From assembly GCA_020028455.1 (NCBI GenBank), contig JAHZOA010000005.1, positions 1 through 50,132 of the forward strand: a stretch of DNA of 50,132 nt. Reading direction: 5' to 3'. Positions 1-10,181 of the stretch are shown piece after piece; position 1 is the first letter of the stretch, and each line of letters starts with the position of its first letter. Both the position numbers and the translations under genes were made by a program. Source of the stretch: Armatimonadota bacterium. GTDB taxonomy: Bacteria; Sysuimicrobiota; Sysuimicrobiia; Sysuimicrobiales; Kaftiobacteriaceae. Under the pieces are notes generated by a model that did no database searches, was not told where the DNA came from, and worked only from the letters and a program-made list of their open reading frames with translations.

Positions 1-393
<393 letters not shown>

Positions 394-520
394 AAATCCT
401 CAAAGGTCTTCCGAGGAACCAGAAGCCTCCATACGAAACAACACCCCGCCAGATCTGATCGATCCGCCGGGGAGACGCTCGTTAGGAGGTAGTGTGCATC
501 GGCTCCCTTACCGCTTATGC

Positions 521-534
521 AGTTTTCAAGGTAC
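521..534 (-). promoter_or_regulatory. rrn leader boxA-like antitermination element
   Basis: Minus strand GTACCTTGAAAACT, between promoter and 16S, resembles the Gram-positive-type rrn boxA (GTTCTTTGAAAACT). Confidence 0.6.
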
Positions 535-566
535 GGACGGGATTCCACCCCGTCTACGGCTTCTAT

Positions 567-595
567 AACTTACCTCTGATGGATAGGGTTGTCAA
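567..595 (-). promoter_or_regulatory. sigma70-type rRNA operon promoter
   Basis: Minus strand TTGACA (595-590), 17 nt spacer, TAAGTT (572-567), pointing into the 16S leader. Confidence 0.8.
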
Positions 596-618
596 CCCCG
601 AACGCACGCTGACGACCG

Positions 619-1314
619 ATGAGTAGCGTGTTGCTCTTGCAACTGCTCGTCGGATTTGCTGGAGCGATTGTGGTCGCGTTCGTCGCGCGCCGTATGAAGG
701 TACTTACCACAGACGGTGCAATCGCTGCGGCGATTATCGGAACAATCATCTATGGATTCGGCGGCTGGTCCACGGCTGCGCTGCTGTTGCTGTTCTTCGT
801 GAGCAGCGGTCTGCTGACGCGCGTGCAATCCCATCGCAAATTTCATCCCGAACACCGGCGAGGTCGTTCAGCGGATCAGGTGCTGGCGAATGGCATGGTG
901 GCGGCGTTGTCAGCGATCTGGTACGCGATTAGTCAATCACCCGCTGCGGTATCGGCATTCGCCGGAGCCGTCGCTGCTTCGACTGCGGACACGTGGGCAA
1001 CAGAAGTCGGGCTTCTTGCGGCTGCTCCCCCTCGACTGATCACGACATTGAGAGAGGTTCCCCCCGGTACCTCTGGAGGGGTTACCTGGCTCGGGACCGT
1101 CGCTGGAATCGTCGGCGCCGCAGCGATCTCATTCGCCGCATTCTACTGGCTGAGAACGCCGGTCGTTCCAGTACTGGCTGGCGGTGTACTCGCAATGGTT
1201 CTTGACAGCGTGCTCGGTGCGACGATCGAGGGACGCGTTCAGATCATCGACAACAATGGAGTAAACTTCGCCGCCTCAATCGTGGGGGCTGTACTCAGCG
1301 TTCTGCTCGCTTAA
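619..1314 (+). CDS. DUF92 / TMEM19-family integral membrane protein
   Basis: Hydrophobic ORF with R..QVLANG, ADTWATEVG and GTSGGVT..GT motifs typical of DUF92. Confidence 0.85.
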   Translation: MSSVLLLQLLVGFAGAIVVAFVARRMKVLTTDGAIAAAIIGTIIYGFGGWSTAALLLLFFVSSGLLTRVQSHRKFHPEHRRGRSADQVLANGMVAALSAIWYAISQSPAAVSAFAGAVAASTADTWATEVGLLAAAPPRLITTLREVPPGTSGGVTWLGTVAGIVGAAAISFAAFYWLRTPVVPVLAGGVLAMVLDSVLGATIEGRVQIIDNNGVNFAASIVGAVLSVLLA

Positions 1315-1319
1315 GAGAC

Positions 1320-2891
1320 TCAGTGACGAAAGCGGCGGATGCCGGTGAAGACCATGGCCATGTCGTGCTCGGTCGCGGCAGCGATGGCTTCCTCGTCGCG
1401 GACTGAGCCGCCCGGCTGGATCACAGCTGTGACTCCCGCGCGCGCGGCCTCATCGACGCCGTCTCGAAACGGGAAGAAGGCGTCTGAAGCCAGGACGCTC
1501 CCCTTCGCTCGATCGCCGGCGCCCTTCACAGCAATAATTACGGAGCCGACGCGGTTTGGTTGACCACCGCCGATGCCGACGGTGGCGACGTTCTTCGCAA
1601 GGACGATCGCATTAGACCTGACCCACTTCACGACTTTCCATGCGAACAGCAGATCCTCCATTTCCTGCGGCGTCGGGGAACGCGGCGTGACAACGCGCAG
1701 CGGGAACTCGTCGAGATCCCTCGCATCCGCGTCCTGCACGAGTATGCCGCCGGAGATCGATCGAAACTCGCGTGATGGATCGGGTCGCTTCCATCCGGCT
1801 TCAAGCAGTCGGAGATTCGGCTTGCGTTTGAACACCAATCTGGCTTTCTCAGAAACGGCCGGCGCGATGACGGCTTCAGTGAAGATCTGAGTGACGGCCT
1901 GGGCCGTCTCTTCGTCGATCTCTCGATTGAACGCGACGACCCCACCGAACGCCGAGACCGGATCGCACGCGTGCGCGGCGGTGTAGGCTTCGTGAGCGGT
2001 TTCTCCCACGGCGGTCCCGCACGGCGCGGCGTGTTTGACGACCGTAGCGGCCGGGCGGACGAACTCGTGAACCAGCTCCCAGGCCGCACCCAGATCGGCG
2101 AAGTTATTAAAGGAGAGCTCCTTTCCTTGGAGCTGCGTCGCAGCGGCCACGGTGCCAGAGACATCGTGTTCCCCTACATACAGGGCGCCCCGCTGATGCG
2201 GGTTCTCTCCATAGCGAAGATCCTTCAGTTTCCGATATGGGAGCGTGAGCCGCTCGGGGAACGCCCTCGATCCTGCAAAATATGTCGCGATCGCAGCATC
2301 GTAGGCCGCCGTTCTCGCGAACGCGGCACGGGCGAGGCGCCGCCGGCTCTCCTCTGAGATCCCACCTGTTCGATCGAGTTCAGTGAGAACATCTCGATAT
2401 TGGTCGGGGCTACTGACGACCGCTACGCGCGCCCAGTTCTTCGCCGCCGCTCGAAGCAGGCTGACACCACCGATGTCGATGAGTTCGAGGGCTTCTTCCA
2501 TGGGAGCCGTCGCGCCGGTTCGCTCGAATGGATACAAATCCACGACGACGAGATCGATTGGTTCCAGTCCCAGACTCTGAAGCTGAGACTCATGGGCCTT
2601 GATCGGGCGGGCCAGAATCCCGGCGAAGATTGCGGGGTGAAGCGTCTTGACCCGGCCGTCGAGAATCTCTGGAAACTTGGTAATGTCTTCAATCTTCGTT
2701 AGGGAAAGTTCCGCGCCGGCGAGCGCTGTTGCCGTGCCTCCGGTCGCGATGAGCTCGATGTCGAGCTTGGCAAGCGCAGTCGCGAACTCCACAAAGCCTG
2801 ACTTGTCAGAGACGCTCAGCAGCGCGCGGCGGACGCGGATGGTCGCAGGTCGTTGGTCATGGGTCGTGGGAAGGACCACTGGGTCACTCAC
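1320..2891 (-). CDS. purH: bifunctional AICAR transformylase/IMP cyclohydrolase
   Basis: [48 protein letters not shown] start overlaps the purN stop. Confidence 0.97.
   Translation of the reverse strand: MSDPVVLPTTHDQRPATIRVRRALLSVSDKSGFVEFATALAKLDIELIATGGTATALAGAELSLTKIEDITKFPEILDGRVKTLHPAIFAGILARPIKAHESQLQSLGLEPIDLVVVDLYPFERTGATAPMEEALELIDIGGVSLLRAAAKNWARVAVVSSPDQYRDVLTELDRTGGISEESRRRLARAAFARTAAYDAAIATYFAGSRAFPERLTLPYRKLKDLRYGENPHQRGALYVGEHDVSGTVAAATQLQGKELSFNNFADLGAAWELVHEFVRPAATVVKHAAPCGTAVGETAHEAYTAAHACDPVSAFGGVVAFNREIDEETAQAVTQIFTEAVIAPAVSEKARLVFKRKPNLRLLEAGWKRPDPSREFRSISGGILVQDADARDLDEFPLRVVTPRSPTPQEMEDLLFAWKVVKWVRSNAIVLAKNVATVGIGGGQPNRVGSVIIAVKGAGDRAKGSVLASDAFFPFRDGVDEAARAGVTAVIQPGGSVRDEEAIAAATEHDMAMVFTGIRRFRH
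2841..2868. repeat. 4x heptamer array GGTCRYN (single arm) inside the purH 5' end
   Basis: ggtcgca ggtcgtt ggtcatg ggtcgtg; encodes TTHDQRPAT. Confidence 0.7.
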
Positions 2892-3556
2892 CGGCTCACC
2901 TCGCTCGCCACTGATTCCCGCTTTCGCGCTTCCACAATCCCAACCTTTCGTCCCTCAATCAGCAACCGGCCCTCGGCGAAGAGATGAATGGCCAAGGGAT
3001 ACAATCGGTGTTCCTCCTCGGCGATGCGCGCGCCGAGCGACGACGGTGTGTCATCCTCTTGTACTCGCGCCACGGCCTGGAGAATGATCGGCCCGCCGTC
3101 TGGTGTCTCATCGACGAAATGCACCGTGCAGCCCGAGATTTTCATCCCGGCACTGAGGACGGCTTCGTGCACGCGCTCGCCATACATCCTCCGTCCTCCG
3201 AACAGCGGAAGCAACGAAGGGTGAATATTCATGATACGGCCTGCGAATTGTCTGACGAACGCCGGGCCAAGGATGCGAAGCCAGCCGGCCAGGCAGACGA
3301 GGTCGACGGAGTACGCGCGCAGTGTCTCGGCCAGTCGCGCCTCAAAGGTTTCGCGGGTTGGGAACTCACGGTGATCGAGCAGAATCGCGGGAACACCCGC
3401 CCGCCGCGCCCGCCACAACGCGTGCGCGCCCGGTTTGTTTGAGACGACCACGACGACCTCACCTGGAATCTCCCGGCCGGCGCAGGAATCCATAATCGCC
3501 TGCAGATTCGTCCCCTCGCCCGACGCGAGGACGGCAATCCGGATCCCCTCAGGCAC
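2888..3556 (-). CDS. purN: phosphoribosylglycinamide formyltransferase
   Basis: IAVLASGEGTNLQA, NIHPSLLP, GCTVHFV..DGGPII. Start moved to GTG 3556 (SD GAGGAG upstream). Confidence 0.95.
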   Translation of the reverse strand: MPEGIRIAVLASGEGTNLQAIMDSCAGREIPGEVVVVVSNKPGAHALWRARRAGVPAILLDHREFPTRETFEARLAETLRAYSVDLVCLAGWLRILGPAFVRQFAGRIMNIHPSLLPLFGGRRMYGERVHEAVLSAGMKISGCTVHFVDETPDGGPIILQAVARVQEDDTPSSLGARIAEEEHRLYPLAIHLFAEGRLLIEGRKVGIVEARKRESVASEVSR

Positions 3557-4661
3557 CCAGATCCACTCCTCTCTCGCCGGGGACGATCTCACCGATCACC
3601 CACGCTTCTGCGCCATTTGCTTTGCACAGGTCCACAGCCACGCCCGCGCGCGGCCCAGGCACGACCGCGATCATCCCCACGCCCATGTTGAACGTTGAGA
3701 GCATCTCTTCAACTGGGATCTTCCCGGCGTTCTCGAGGATGCTGAAAATCGCGGGCACCGGCCAGGCGCCGGCCCTGACGCGCGCCCGGCACCCGTCGGG
3801 GAGAATTCGCACGAGGTTGCCAGGGATTCCACCACCTGTGATGTGCGCCGCGCCACGGAGGTGACCCGCGGCGGCCAGTGCGAGGACGGGCCTCCGGTAC
3901 GATCGGTGGGGTCTCAGGAGTACTTCGCGCCACGTCGTTCCTAGTTCTGGAACCCTGTCCCCCAGCGACCAGCCGCGCTGTGCAAGCACGGCGCGTGCGA
4001 GCGTATACCCATTTGTCTGCAACCCCGCCGCGACCATACCGATCAGAACATGACCGGGTTTGATGGAAGAACCATCGATGATGGCGGACCGTTCAACGAC
4101 ACCGATGACGCACCCGACGATGTCGATGCCCTGGGGTGTGTAGACTCCCGGCATCTGGGCCGTTTCCCCGCCGATCAGCGCCACGCCCTCGTCGCGGCAC
4201 GCGGCACTCATGCCGTCAAGCACCTGAGCAGCGGCTGATGGCTCGAGACGTGCGGCCGCAATGTAGTCGAGCATCAGGAGCGGAGCCGCCCCGAGAACCG
4301 CGACATCATTCACGCCATGTACAACCACATCTCGGCCGGCGAGATCGAGCCGTCCGGCTTCTGCGGCAAGCAGCGCCTTGGTCCCAACCCCATCGATGGT
4401 GCTCACGAGGACGGGATCGGAGTAGCCTTTCAAATGGAACAGGCCGCTGAAGTGACCAAGATCCCCCAGCACACGGGTCGTGAACGTGCTGCGGATTGTC
4501 CGGCCGACGGTTTCCAGCAGCTTGGCAGATGCCTGCCGATCCACTCCTGTGTCTTTGTAGGTCAGCCATTCGACTCGCCCACGTTCGGGCTCGCTCATGG
4601 CCTTCGGCCGCACCGAGTCGAATGCTCTGAGCGAACGGAGTGAGTCGAAGGGCTCACTCAT
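3549..4661 (-). CDS. purM: phosphoribosylformylglycinamidine cyclo-ligase (AIR synthase)
   Basis: TY..GVD, DGVGTK, GGETA.MP, AHITGGG, FNMGVG. Start at ATG 4661 (overlapping the purF end) or ATG 4598 inside the repeat. Confidence 0.95.
   Translation of the reverse strand: MSEPFDSLRSLRAFDSVRPKAMSEPERGRVEWLTYKDTGVDRQASAKLLETVGRTIRSTFTTRVLGDLGHFSGLFHLKGYSDPVLVSTIDGVGTKALLAAEAGRLDLAGRDVVVHGVNDVAVLGAAPLLMLDYIAAARLEPSAAAQVLDGMSAACRDEGVALIGGETAQMPGVYTPQGIDIVGCVIGVVERSAIIDGSSIKPGHVLIGMVAAGLQTNGYTLARAVLAQRGWSLGDRVPELGTTWREVLLRPHRSYRRPVLALAAAGHLRGAAHITGGGIPGNLVRILPDGCRARVRAGAWPVPAIFSILENAGKIPVEEMLSTFNMGVGMIAVVPGPRAGVAVDLCKANGAEAWVIGEIVPGERGVDLGA
4566..4653. repeat. dispersed structured repeat, copy 1 (CCATTCGACTCG...GTCGAAGG family)
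   Basis: Shares blocks CCATTCGACTCGCC, GGCTCGCTCATGG, CGAGTCGAATG, CTGAGC and GTCGAAGG with 19913-19995 and 38601-38700. Confidence 0.9.
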
Positions 4662-6087
4662 GGACCACGCCAACGCCTTCGAGCGCGTACCGCCCCGCAG
4701 TCTCTTCGTGCGGGACCACTGTCGGATATTGCCCGTCGAGACACGCCATGCACAACCGATCACGAGACAGTTGCAGCGCCTCGACAAGCCCCGCCTGGGT
4801 GAGATAGCCCAGGCTGTCGGCGCCGATCATCTCTCGAATTGAATCCACGGAATTCGTTGCGGCGACGAGTTGTCCACGGCTGCTCGTATCAATGCCATAG
4901 AAGCACGGAAAGCGGATCGGCGGCGATGAGACGCGCATGTGGACTTCCACAGCTCCCGCGGTACGCAGCATGCGCACGATCTTGCCACTCGTGGTGCCCC
5001 GGACGATCGAATCGTCGACCAGAACGACCCGGCGCCCCTCGATGACTTCTCGCAGTGGATTCAGTTTTAGCCGGACGCCGAAATCCCGCACGATGGGATC
5101 GGGTTGGATGAACGTGCGGTGAATGTACCGGTTCTTGATGAGGCCGACCTCAAACGGCAGCCTAGAGGCTTCGGCAAAACCCATCGCCGCCGATGTCCCC
5201 GAATCTGGAGCGGCGATCACGATGTCCGCATGGGCCGGAGACTCGCGCGCCAGGATCCGGCCCATTCGCCGCCGGGTCACGTGGACGTTGCGGTCGGCGA
5301 GAACCGTATCCGGCCTGGCAAAGTAGATGTACTCAAAAACGCAGTGTGCGCGCCTCTCGACAGGAAGCATTTGAAGAGCCGTCACACCGCGTTCATCGAT
5401 GATGACCAGCTCGCCGGGCTCGATATCCCGGACAAACTCGGCGCCCACGTGATCGAATGCGCAGCTTTCAGAAGCCAGCATCCACGAACGGCCGGCCCGG
5501 CCGAGCACCAGGGGGCGGATCGCATAGGCATCCCGGAATCCGAGCACACGGCCATCAACAAGCACCGCCACTGTGTACGCGCCGGCGATCCGGCGCATAC
5601 AGTACTCGACGGCCTCTTCGACCGTCGCAACTGGTGCGCGCGCGATGAGGTAGGCAATCACCTCACTATCGGTCGTCGATGCAAAGGTAACGCCCACAGA
5701 CTCGAGTTCGGTCCGAAGCTCCGGTGCGTTGATCAAATTTCCGTTGTGAGCCAGCGCCAGAGATCCCCAGGGCGATGGCACGACAAGTGGCTGTGCATTC
5801 TCGATGCGCGCGGAGCCCATGGTAGAGTACCGCACGTGCCCCACACCGAGGAATCCTGGCAGCGTGGCAATCTTGTCCGGGTTGAAGACCTCGGAAACCA
5901 AGCCCATACCCCTGTGCAGGTGCACTCGCTGTCCGTCGCTCGCCGCGATGCCGGCGCTCTCCTGACCGCGATGCTGCAGCGAGATTAACCCAAGGTGGAC
6001 GATCGGCGCAGCAGGACCCTCTACGCTGTAAACTCCGAACACTCCGCATTCTTCGCGCAACCTATCGAGGTCCGGTGCAAGCCTCAT
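4654..6087 (-). CDS. purF: amidophosphoribosyltransferase
   Basis: Propeptide then EECGVFG, LQHRGQE, GHVRYST, VDDSIVRGTT, and a C-terminal C..C of the Fe-S type. Confidence 0.97.
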   Translation of the reverse strand: MRLAPDLDRLREECGVFGVYSVEGPAAPIVHLGLISLQHRGQESAGIAASDGQRVHLHRGMGLVSEVFNPDKIATLPGFLGVGHVRYSTMGSARIENAQPLVVPSPWGSLALAHNGNLINAPELRTELESVGVTFASTTDSEVIAYLIARAPVATVEEAVEYCMRRIAGAYTVAVLVDGRVLGFRDAYAIRPLVLGRAGRSWMLASESCAFDHVGAEFVRDIEPGELVIIDERGVTALQMLPVERRAHCVFEYIYFARPDTVLADRNVHVTRRRMGRILARESPAHADIVIAAPDSGTSAAMGFAEASRLPFEVGLIKNRYIHRTFIQPDPIVRDFGVRLKLNPLREVIEGRRVVLVDDSIVRGTTSGKIVRMLRTAGAVEVHMRVSSPPIRFPCFYGIDTSSRGQLVAATNSVDSIREMIGADSLGYLTQAGLVEALQLSRDRLCMACLDGQYPTVVPHEETAGRYALEGVGVVHE

Positions 6088-8300
6088 GAGAACACCTCAC
6101 GGAGTGATTCGTAGGCGTCGCTCATTTCCTCGATCGAGAGGTCGATCATTGGCCTAGCATCTGGACCGGCGATACTCAACCGGCTTCCGCCAATACGGCC
6201 GAGCACCACAAGCTCGATGCCCCCATGATTTGCAGCCAGAATCTGAAGATCGGGCAATCTATCAGGCGACACCGATACGACGACTCGCGAAGGAGCCTCT
6301 CCGAACAGCGCGACCTCAGCTCGATGGTCATAAGGCAAGGTCACTGCTACACCGACCCTGCCTGCGATTGCGCTCTCGGCGAGCGCGACGGCGATTCCAC
6401 CATCTGAGCAATCGTGGGCAGATCTCACTAGCCCACTCACGATGGCCTCGCGCACCGCGGCGAGTATGCTTGCGTGGGTGGTTAGATCGACGTCTGTCGG
6501 TCGCCCGCGTGAGAGACCGTGGATAAGCTCAAGGAAGTAGCTCGCAGCCAGATCGGGCGCGCTGCTCCCTAACAGAACAACCACATCGCCTTCCGTCTTG
6601 AACGACTGGGTGGCAATCTGCGCTACGTCCCGGACCAACCCCACCATCGCGACGACGGGCGTCGGCGGAACAAGCCCTTCGGGAGACTCATTGTAGAAAG
6701 ACACGTTTCCACCGACGACTGGAATCTGCAGCGCACGGCAAGCATCGGTAATCCCCATAACGGCCTGGCGAAAGGTCCAGAACACTTCCGGGTCTTCAGG
6801 ATTGCCAAAGTTCAAGCAATCGGTCACACCCAACGGCTCTGCGCCCACGCAGGCGAGATTCGCAGCAGCCTCAGCGACAGCCAGCTTGGCGCCGCGGTAC
6901 GGATCGAGCGCGCATAGCCTGCCGTTCCCATCAACTGTGATGGCCACTGCCTTGGGCGGCGATTCATGGATCCGTAGCACCGCGGCACCTGCCCCACCGG
7001 GTGGCACCACTGTGCGGATCTGCACCATGTGGTCGTACTGCTCAAACACGGCGCGCTTGGCAGCTACATCGCTGCCGCGCAGGAGACTCATCAGGGCCGA
7101 TCCAGGATCGACTGTGGGCAGCACATCGGGCATGATCCACTGCTCAGCCAGTTCCGGCGGCTCGCATGCCGCGGGGCGGTACGCTGGAGCCTCGGCAAGC
7201 GCGTACGGCGGGAGTGATACAACAGGGCTGTCGCGATACTCAACCCGCAGTTCTCGATCGGCGGTTACATAACCGATGACTGCCGCTTGCAGTCCCCAAC
7301 GCCGGAAGATTGACGAGATCCGGTTCTCGGATCCACTGCGGACAACCAGGAGCATGCGCTCCTGCGACTCAGACCTGAAGATCTCATCCGCACGCATCGA
7401 AGTTTCGCGCAGCGGCACGCGGTCCAGGTCGATGATCATCCCTACCCCACCGCGTGCCGACATTTCACTGGTTGCGCACGTGAGACCAGCCGCGCCCATA
7501 TCCTGAAGCGCCACAACATCGCCCGTGCCCAGCGCCTCGAGCGTTGCCTCGATCAGCAACTTGCCGGCAAGCGGATCACCGATCTGCACAGACGCGCGGT
7601 CCTCGTGCTCGGATGCTTCGTGTAGTTCCTCCGAGGCAAAGGCTGCGCCGCCAATGCCGTCCCGGCCTGTCCTGGCGCCGGCATACAGGACGGGGTTTCC
7701 CGGCCCCGCTGCACGCGACCGCGCGATGCGATTGTGCCTCAGGAGGCCGAGGCAGGCCACGTTGACGAGCGGATTGTCACGGTACCCGGGGTCGCAGAGG
7801 ATCTCACCGGCTACCGTCGGCACACCGACACAGTTGCCGTAGGCGGCGATGCCCGCGACGATTCCCGTCGCGATCCGGCGCGATTTTGGATCGGTCAACG
7901 GACCGAATCGCAGTGAGTCAACGAGCGCGATCGGCCGCGCGCCCATCGACAGAATGTCCCTGATAATCCCGCCGATGCCGGTGGCGGCGCCGTTGTACGG
8001 ATCGACCGCACTCGGATGGTTGTGGCTCTCCATCTTGAATGCCACAGCCCAGCCATCGCCGATGTCAATGACGCCCGCGTTCTCGCCCGGTCCCTGGAGA
8101 AGATGGGGGGCAGAACTGGGTAGCGATTGGAGTGTCAGTTTGGAATGCTTATAGCCGCAGTGTTCCGACCACATGACGCCAAACAACTTTAACTCCAGAG
8201 GCGTGGGGTCTCGACCGAGGCGGCGGACGATTTCGTCGTACTCGGATCGGGTGAGGCCTACGGCCTCGGGGCTCAGCGTCGAAGGTGAGAGAGTTCTCAA
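6084..8300 (-). CDS. purL: FGAM synthase subunit PurL (small form)
   Basis: [49 protein letters not shown]. Confidence 0.97.
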   Translation of the reverse strand: MRTLSPSTLSPEAVGLTRSEYDEIVRRLGRDPTPLELKLFGVMWSEHCGYKHSKLTLQSLPSSAPHLLQGPGENAGVIDIGDGWAVAFKMESHNHPSAVDPYNGAATGIGGIIRDILSMGARPIALVDSLRFGPLTDPKSRRIATGIVAGIAAYGNCVGVPTVAGEILCDPGYRDNPLVNVACLGLLRHNRIARSRAAGPGNPVLYAGARTGRDGIGGAAFASEELHEASEHEDRASVQIGDPLAGKLLIEATLEALGTGDVVALQDMGAAGLTCATSEMSARGGVGMIIDLDRVPLRETSMRADEIFRSESQERMLLVVRSGSENRISSIFRRWGLQAAVIGYVTADRELRVEYRDSPVVSLPPYALAEAPAYRPAACEPPELAEQWIMPDVLPTVDPGSALMSLLRGSDVAAKRAVFEQYDHMVQIRTVVPPGGAGAAVLRIHESPPKAVAITVDGNGRLCALDPYRGAKLAVAEAAANLACVGAEPLGVTDCLNFGNPEDPEVFWTFRQAVMGITDACRALQIPVVGGNVSFYNESPEGLVPPTPVVAMVGLVRDVAQIATQSFKTEGDVVVLLGSSAPDLAASYFLELIHGLSRGRPTDVDLTTHASILAAVREAIVSGLVRSAHDCSDGGIAVALAESAIAGRVGVAVTLPYDHRAEVALFGEAPSRVVVSVSPDRLPDLQILAANHGGIELVVLGRIGGSRLSIAGPDARPMIDLSIEEMSDAYESLREVFS

Positions 8301-9010
8301 CGGAGAGCCTCGGCCCGGGAACGCGGAAGCGCGGGAACGCGGGAGCGCGATGTGACATATTCGATCACTGCCTCGAATATCAATCGTCCGTCGGTCGATC
8401 CCAGGATCGCTTCGGAAGCTCGTTCGGGGTGAGGCATCAACCCGACGACATTGCCCGCCTTATTGCACACACCGGCTATGAACCGTGCTGAGCCGTTCGG
8501 GTTGGCGTCCTCTGCGTATCGAAACACCACCTGGCGCTCGATATCATCAAGCAAGTCCTTGGGTGCGAAGTAGTTACCCTCCCCGTGGGCGACCGGCATC
8601 TGCAGGATCTGACCCTCCCGCAGATTCCAGGTGAACGGTGTCTTTGTCGACTCGACACTCATCAAGACCTGCCGGCATCGGAATTGGAGGCTCTGATTCC
8701 TCAACATGGCTCCCGGCAGCAGGCCCGCTTCGAGGAGAACCTGGAATCCGTTGCAGATGCCGAGCACCGGTTTTCCCGACGCCGCAAATGACTTTACTGA
8801 GGGCATGATCGGAGACGTCGCGGCCACAGCCCCCGCCCTAAGGTAGTCACCATACGCGAACCCGCCGGGGAGGACAACGCAATCCACGTCGTCGAGTAAT
8901 GAATCACCGTGCCAGAGCTCCACGACGTCTTGAGCTAAAACATTGCGCAAGACGTGAATGCAGTCGTGGTCACAGTTGCTGCCGGGGAAGATGACGACGC
9001 CGAAGCGCAT
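8297..9010 (-). CDS. purQ: FGAM synthase glutaminase subunit
   Basis: FPGSNC, PGGF.YGDYLR, GICNGFQ, MPHPER. Start ATG 9010 overlaps the purS TAA. Confidence 0.96.
   Translation of the reverse strand: MRFGVVIFPGSNCDHDCIHVLRNVLAQDVVELWHGDSLLDDVDCVVLPGGFAYGDYLRAGAVAATSPIMPSVKSFAASGKPVLGICNGFQVLLEAGLLPGAMLRNQSLQFRCRQVLMSVESTKTPFTWNLREGQILQMPVAHGEGNYFAPKDLLDDIERQVVFRYAEDANPNGSARFIAGVCNKAGNVVGLMPHPERASEAILGSTDGRLIFEAVIEYVTSRSRVPALPRSRAEALR
8317..8348. repeat. 4x octamer array GGRARCGC (single arm) in the purQ 3' end
   Basis: gggaacgc ggaagcgc gggaacgc gggagcgc; encodes the [11 protein letters not shown] tail. Confidence 0.7.
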
Positions 9011-9267
9011 TATGACGGCCTCCGGGAGGGCAACGCATCTGTTTCGATTTTCCATTCCTCGATAAGTGGATTGGCCAAGAACCGGTCACACATCGCACTA
9101 ATTTCATCGACTGAAGCCTCGTCAGGCATTGTGATCTCGATGTGCTTGCCGACCCGGACCTCGGAGACGCCCTCGTAGCCCAGAGCATGCAGCCCCTGGC
9201 GGACAGCTTGCCCTTGTGCATCGAGTACTCCCGGCTTGAGCGTGATGACGACCCGTACAGTGGTCAT
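9010..9267 (-). CDS. purS: FGAM synthase subunit PurS
   Basis: LKPGVLD.QG, VRVGK, LANPLIE. Confidence 0.95.
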   Translation of the reverse strand: MTTVRVVITLKPGVLDAQGQAVRQGLHALGYEGVSEVRVGKHIEITMPDEASVDEISAMCDRFLANPLIEEWKIETDALPSRRPS

Positions 9268-10181
9268 ACGAGTTTTCCCGTTAGCCGGGCAAAGGTCTCC
9301 AGATACCGTTGCCGCGTCGCTTCGACGACATCGTCCGGAAGTGATGGCACCGGGGGCTCATGATTCCACCCGGCCTGGTTGAGGTAATCGCGAACGAACT
9401 GTTTGTCGAACGACGCGAGCGATTGAGGGTACTGTGCCGCGTCCCAGTAGCGTGACGAGTCGGGCGTCAGCGCCTCGTCGATCAACACAATCTGATCATC
9501 GGCAAGACCGAACTCGAATTTCGTGTCGGCGAGGATAAGTCCAACCTGCCGGGCGTGGGCGGCCGCCCGCCAGTACAAGGTCAGGCTCAACTCCCGCAGG
9601 GTCTGAGCCATCTCCCTGCCGACCAGGTCTTCCATCTCTGCGAACGTGATGTTTTCGTCGTGGCCATGGCTGGCCTTCGTGGCCGGCGTGAAGATGGGCT
9701 GAGGAAGCACATCGCCGTTCCTCAATCCCCTGGGCAGAGGTTCGTCGGCCACCGCTCCTGTGCGGCGGTATTCATCCCACGCTGAGCCTGTGATGTACCC
9801 GCGAACGACACACTCAACGTCGATGCGCTCACACCTTCGGACGAGCATCGTACGGCCCTCGAGAAGAGTGCGGTCGACGTCAGCGAGATCCTCAACAGCT
9901 TCAGAGATCTCATCTACGTCGGTCGTAATCATGTGGTTCGGAACGATATCCGGCGTGAAATCGAACCAAAATTCTGAAAGTTGGGTGAGAATCCGCCCTT
10001 TCCCGGGAATTGGCGTTGGAAGAACATGGTCGAAGGCCGAGAGGCGGTCGGTCGCGACAATCAATAGATTTCCATCTGCCTCATAGACATCACGCACCTT
10101 GCCGCGCCTATATAAAGGAAGAGACAGATTCGTTTCCAGGACTGCGCGTGAATCGTGAGCGGTGAATGGTGAATGGATCAT
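9264..10181 (-). CDS. purC: SAICAR synthase
   Basis: GKVRDVY, DRLSAFD, ECVVRGY, DTKFEFG, DEALTPDSSR, DKQFVRD. Confidence 0.97.
   Translation of the reverse strand: MIHSPFTAHDSRAVLETNLSLPLYRRGKVRDVYEADGNLLIVATDRLSAFDHVLPTPIPGKGRILTQLSEFWFDFTPDIVPNHMITTDVDEISEAVEDLADVDRTLLEGRTMLVRRCERIDVECVVRGYITGSAWDEYRRTGAVADEPLPRGLRNGDVLPQPIFTPATKASHGHDENITFAEMEDLVGREMAQTLRELSLTLYWRAAAHARQVGLILADTKFEFGLADDQIVLIDEALTPDSSRYWDAAQYPQSLASFDKQFVRDYLNQAGWNHEPPVPSLPDDVVEATRQRYLETFARLTGKLV
10148..10175. repeat. 4x heptamer array GTGAATG-like (single arm) inside the purC 5' end
   Basis: gtgaatc gtgagcg gtgaatg gtgaatg; encodes HSPFTAHDS directly after the start. Confidence 0.7.
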
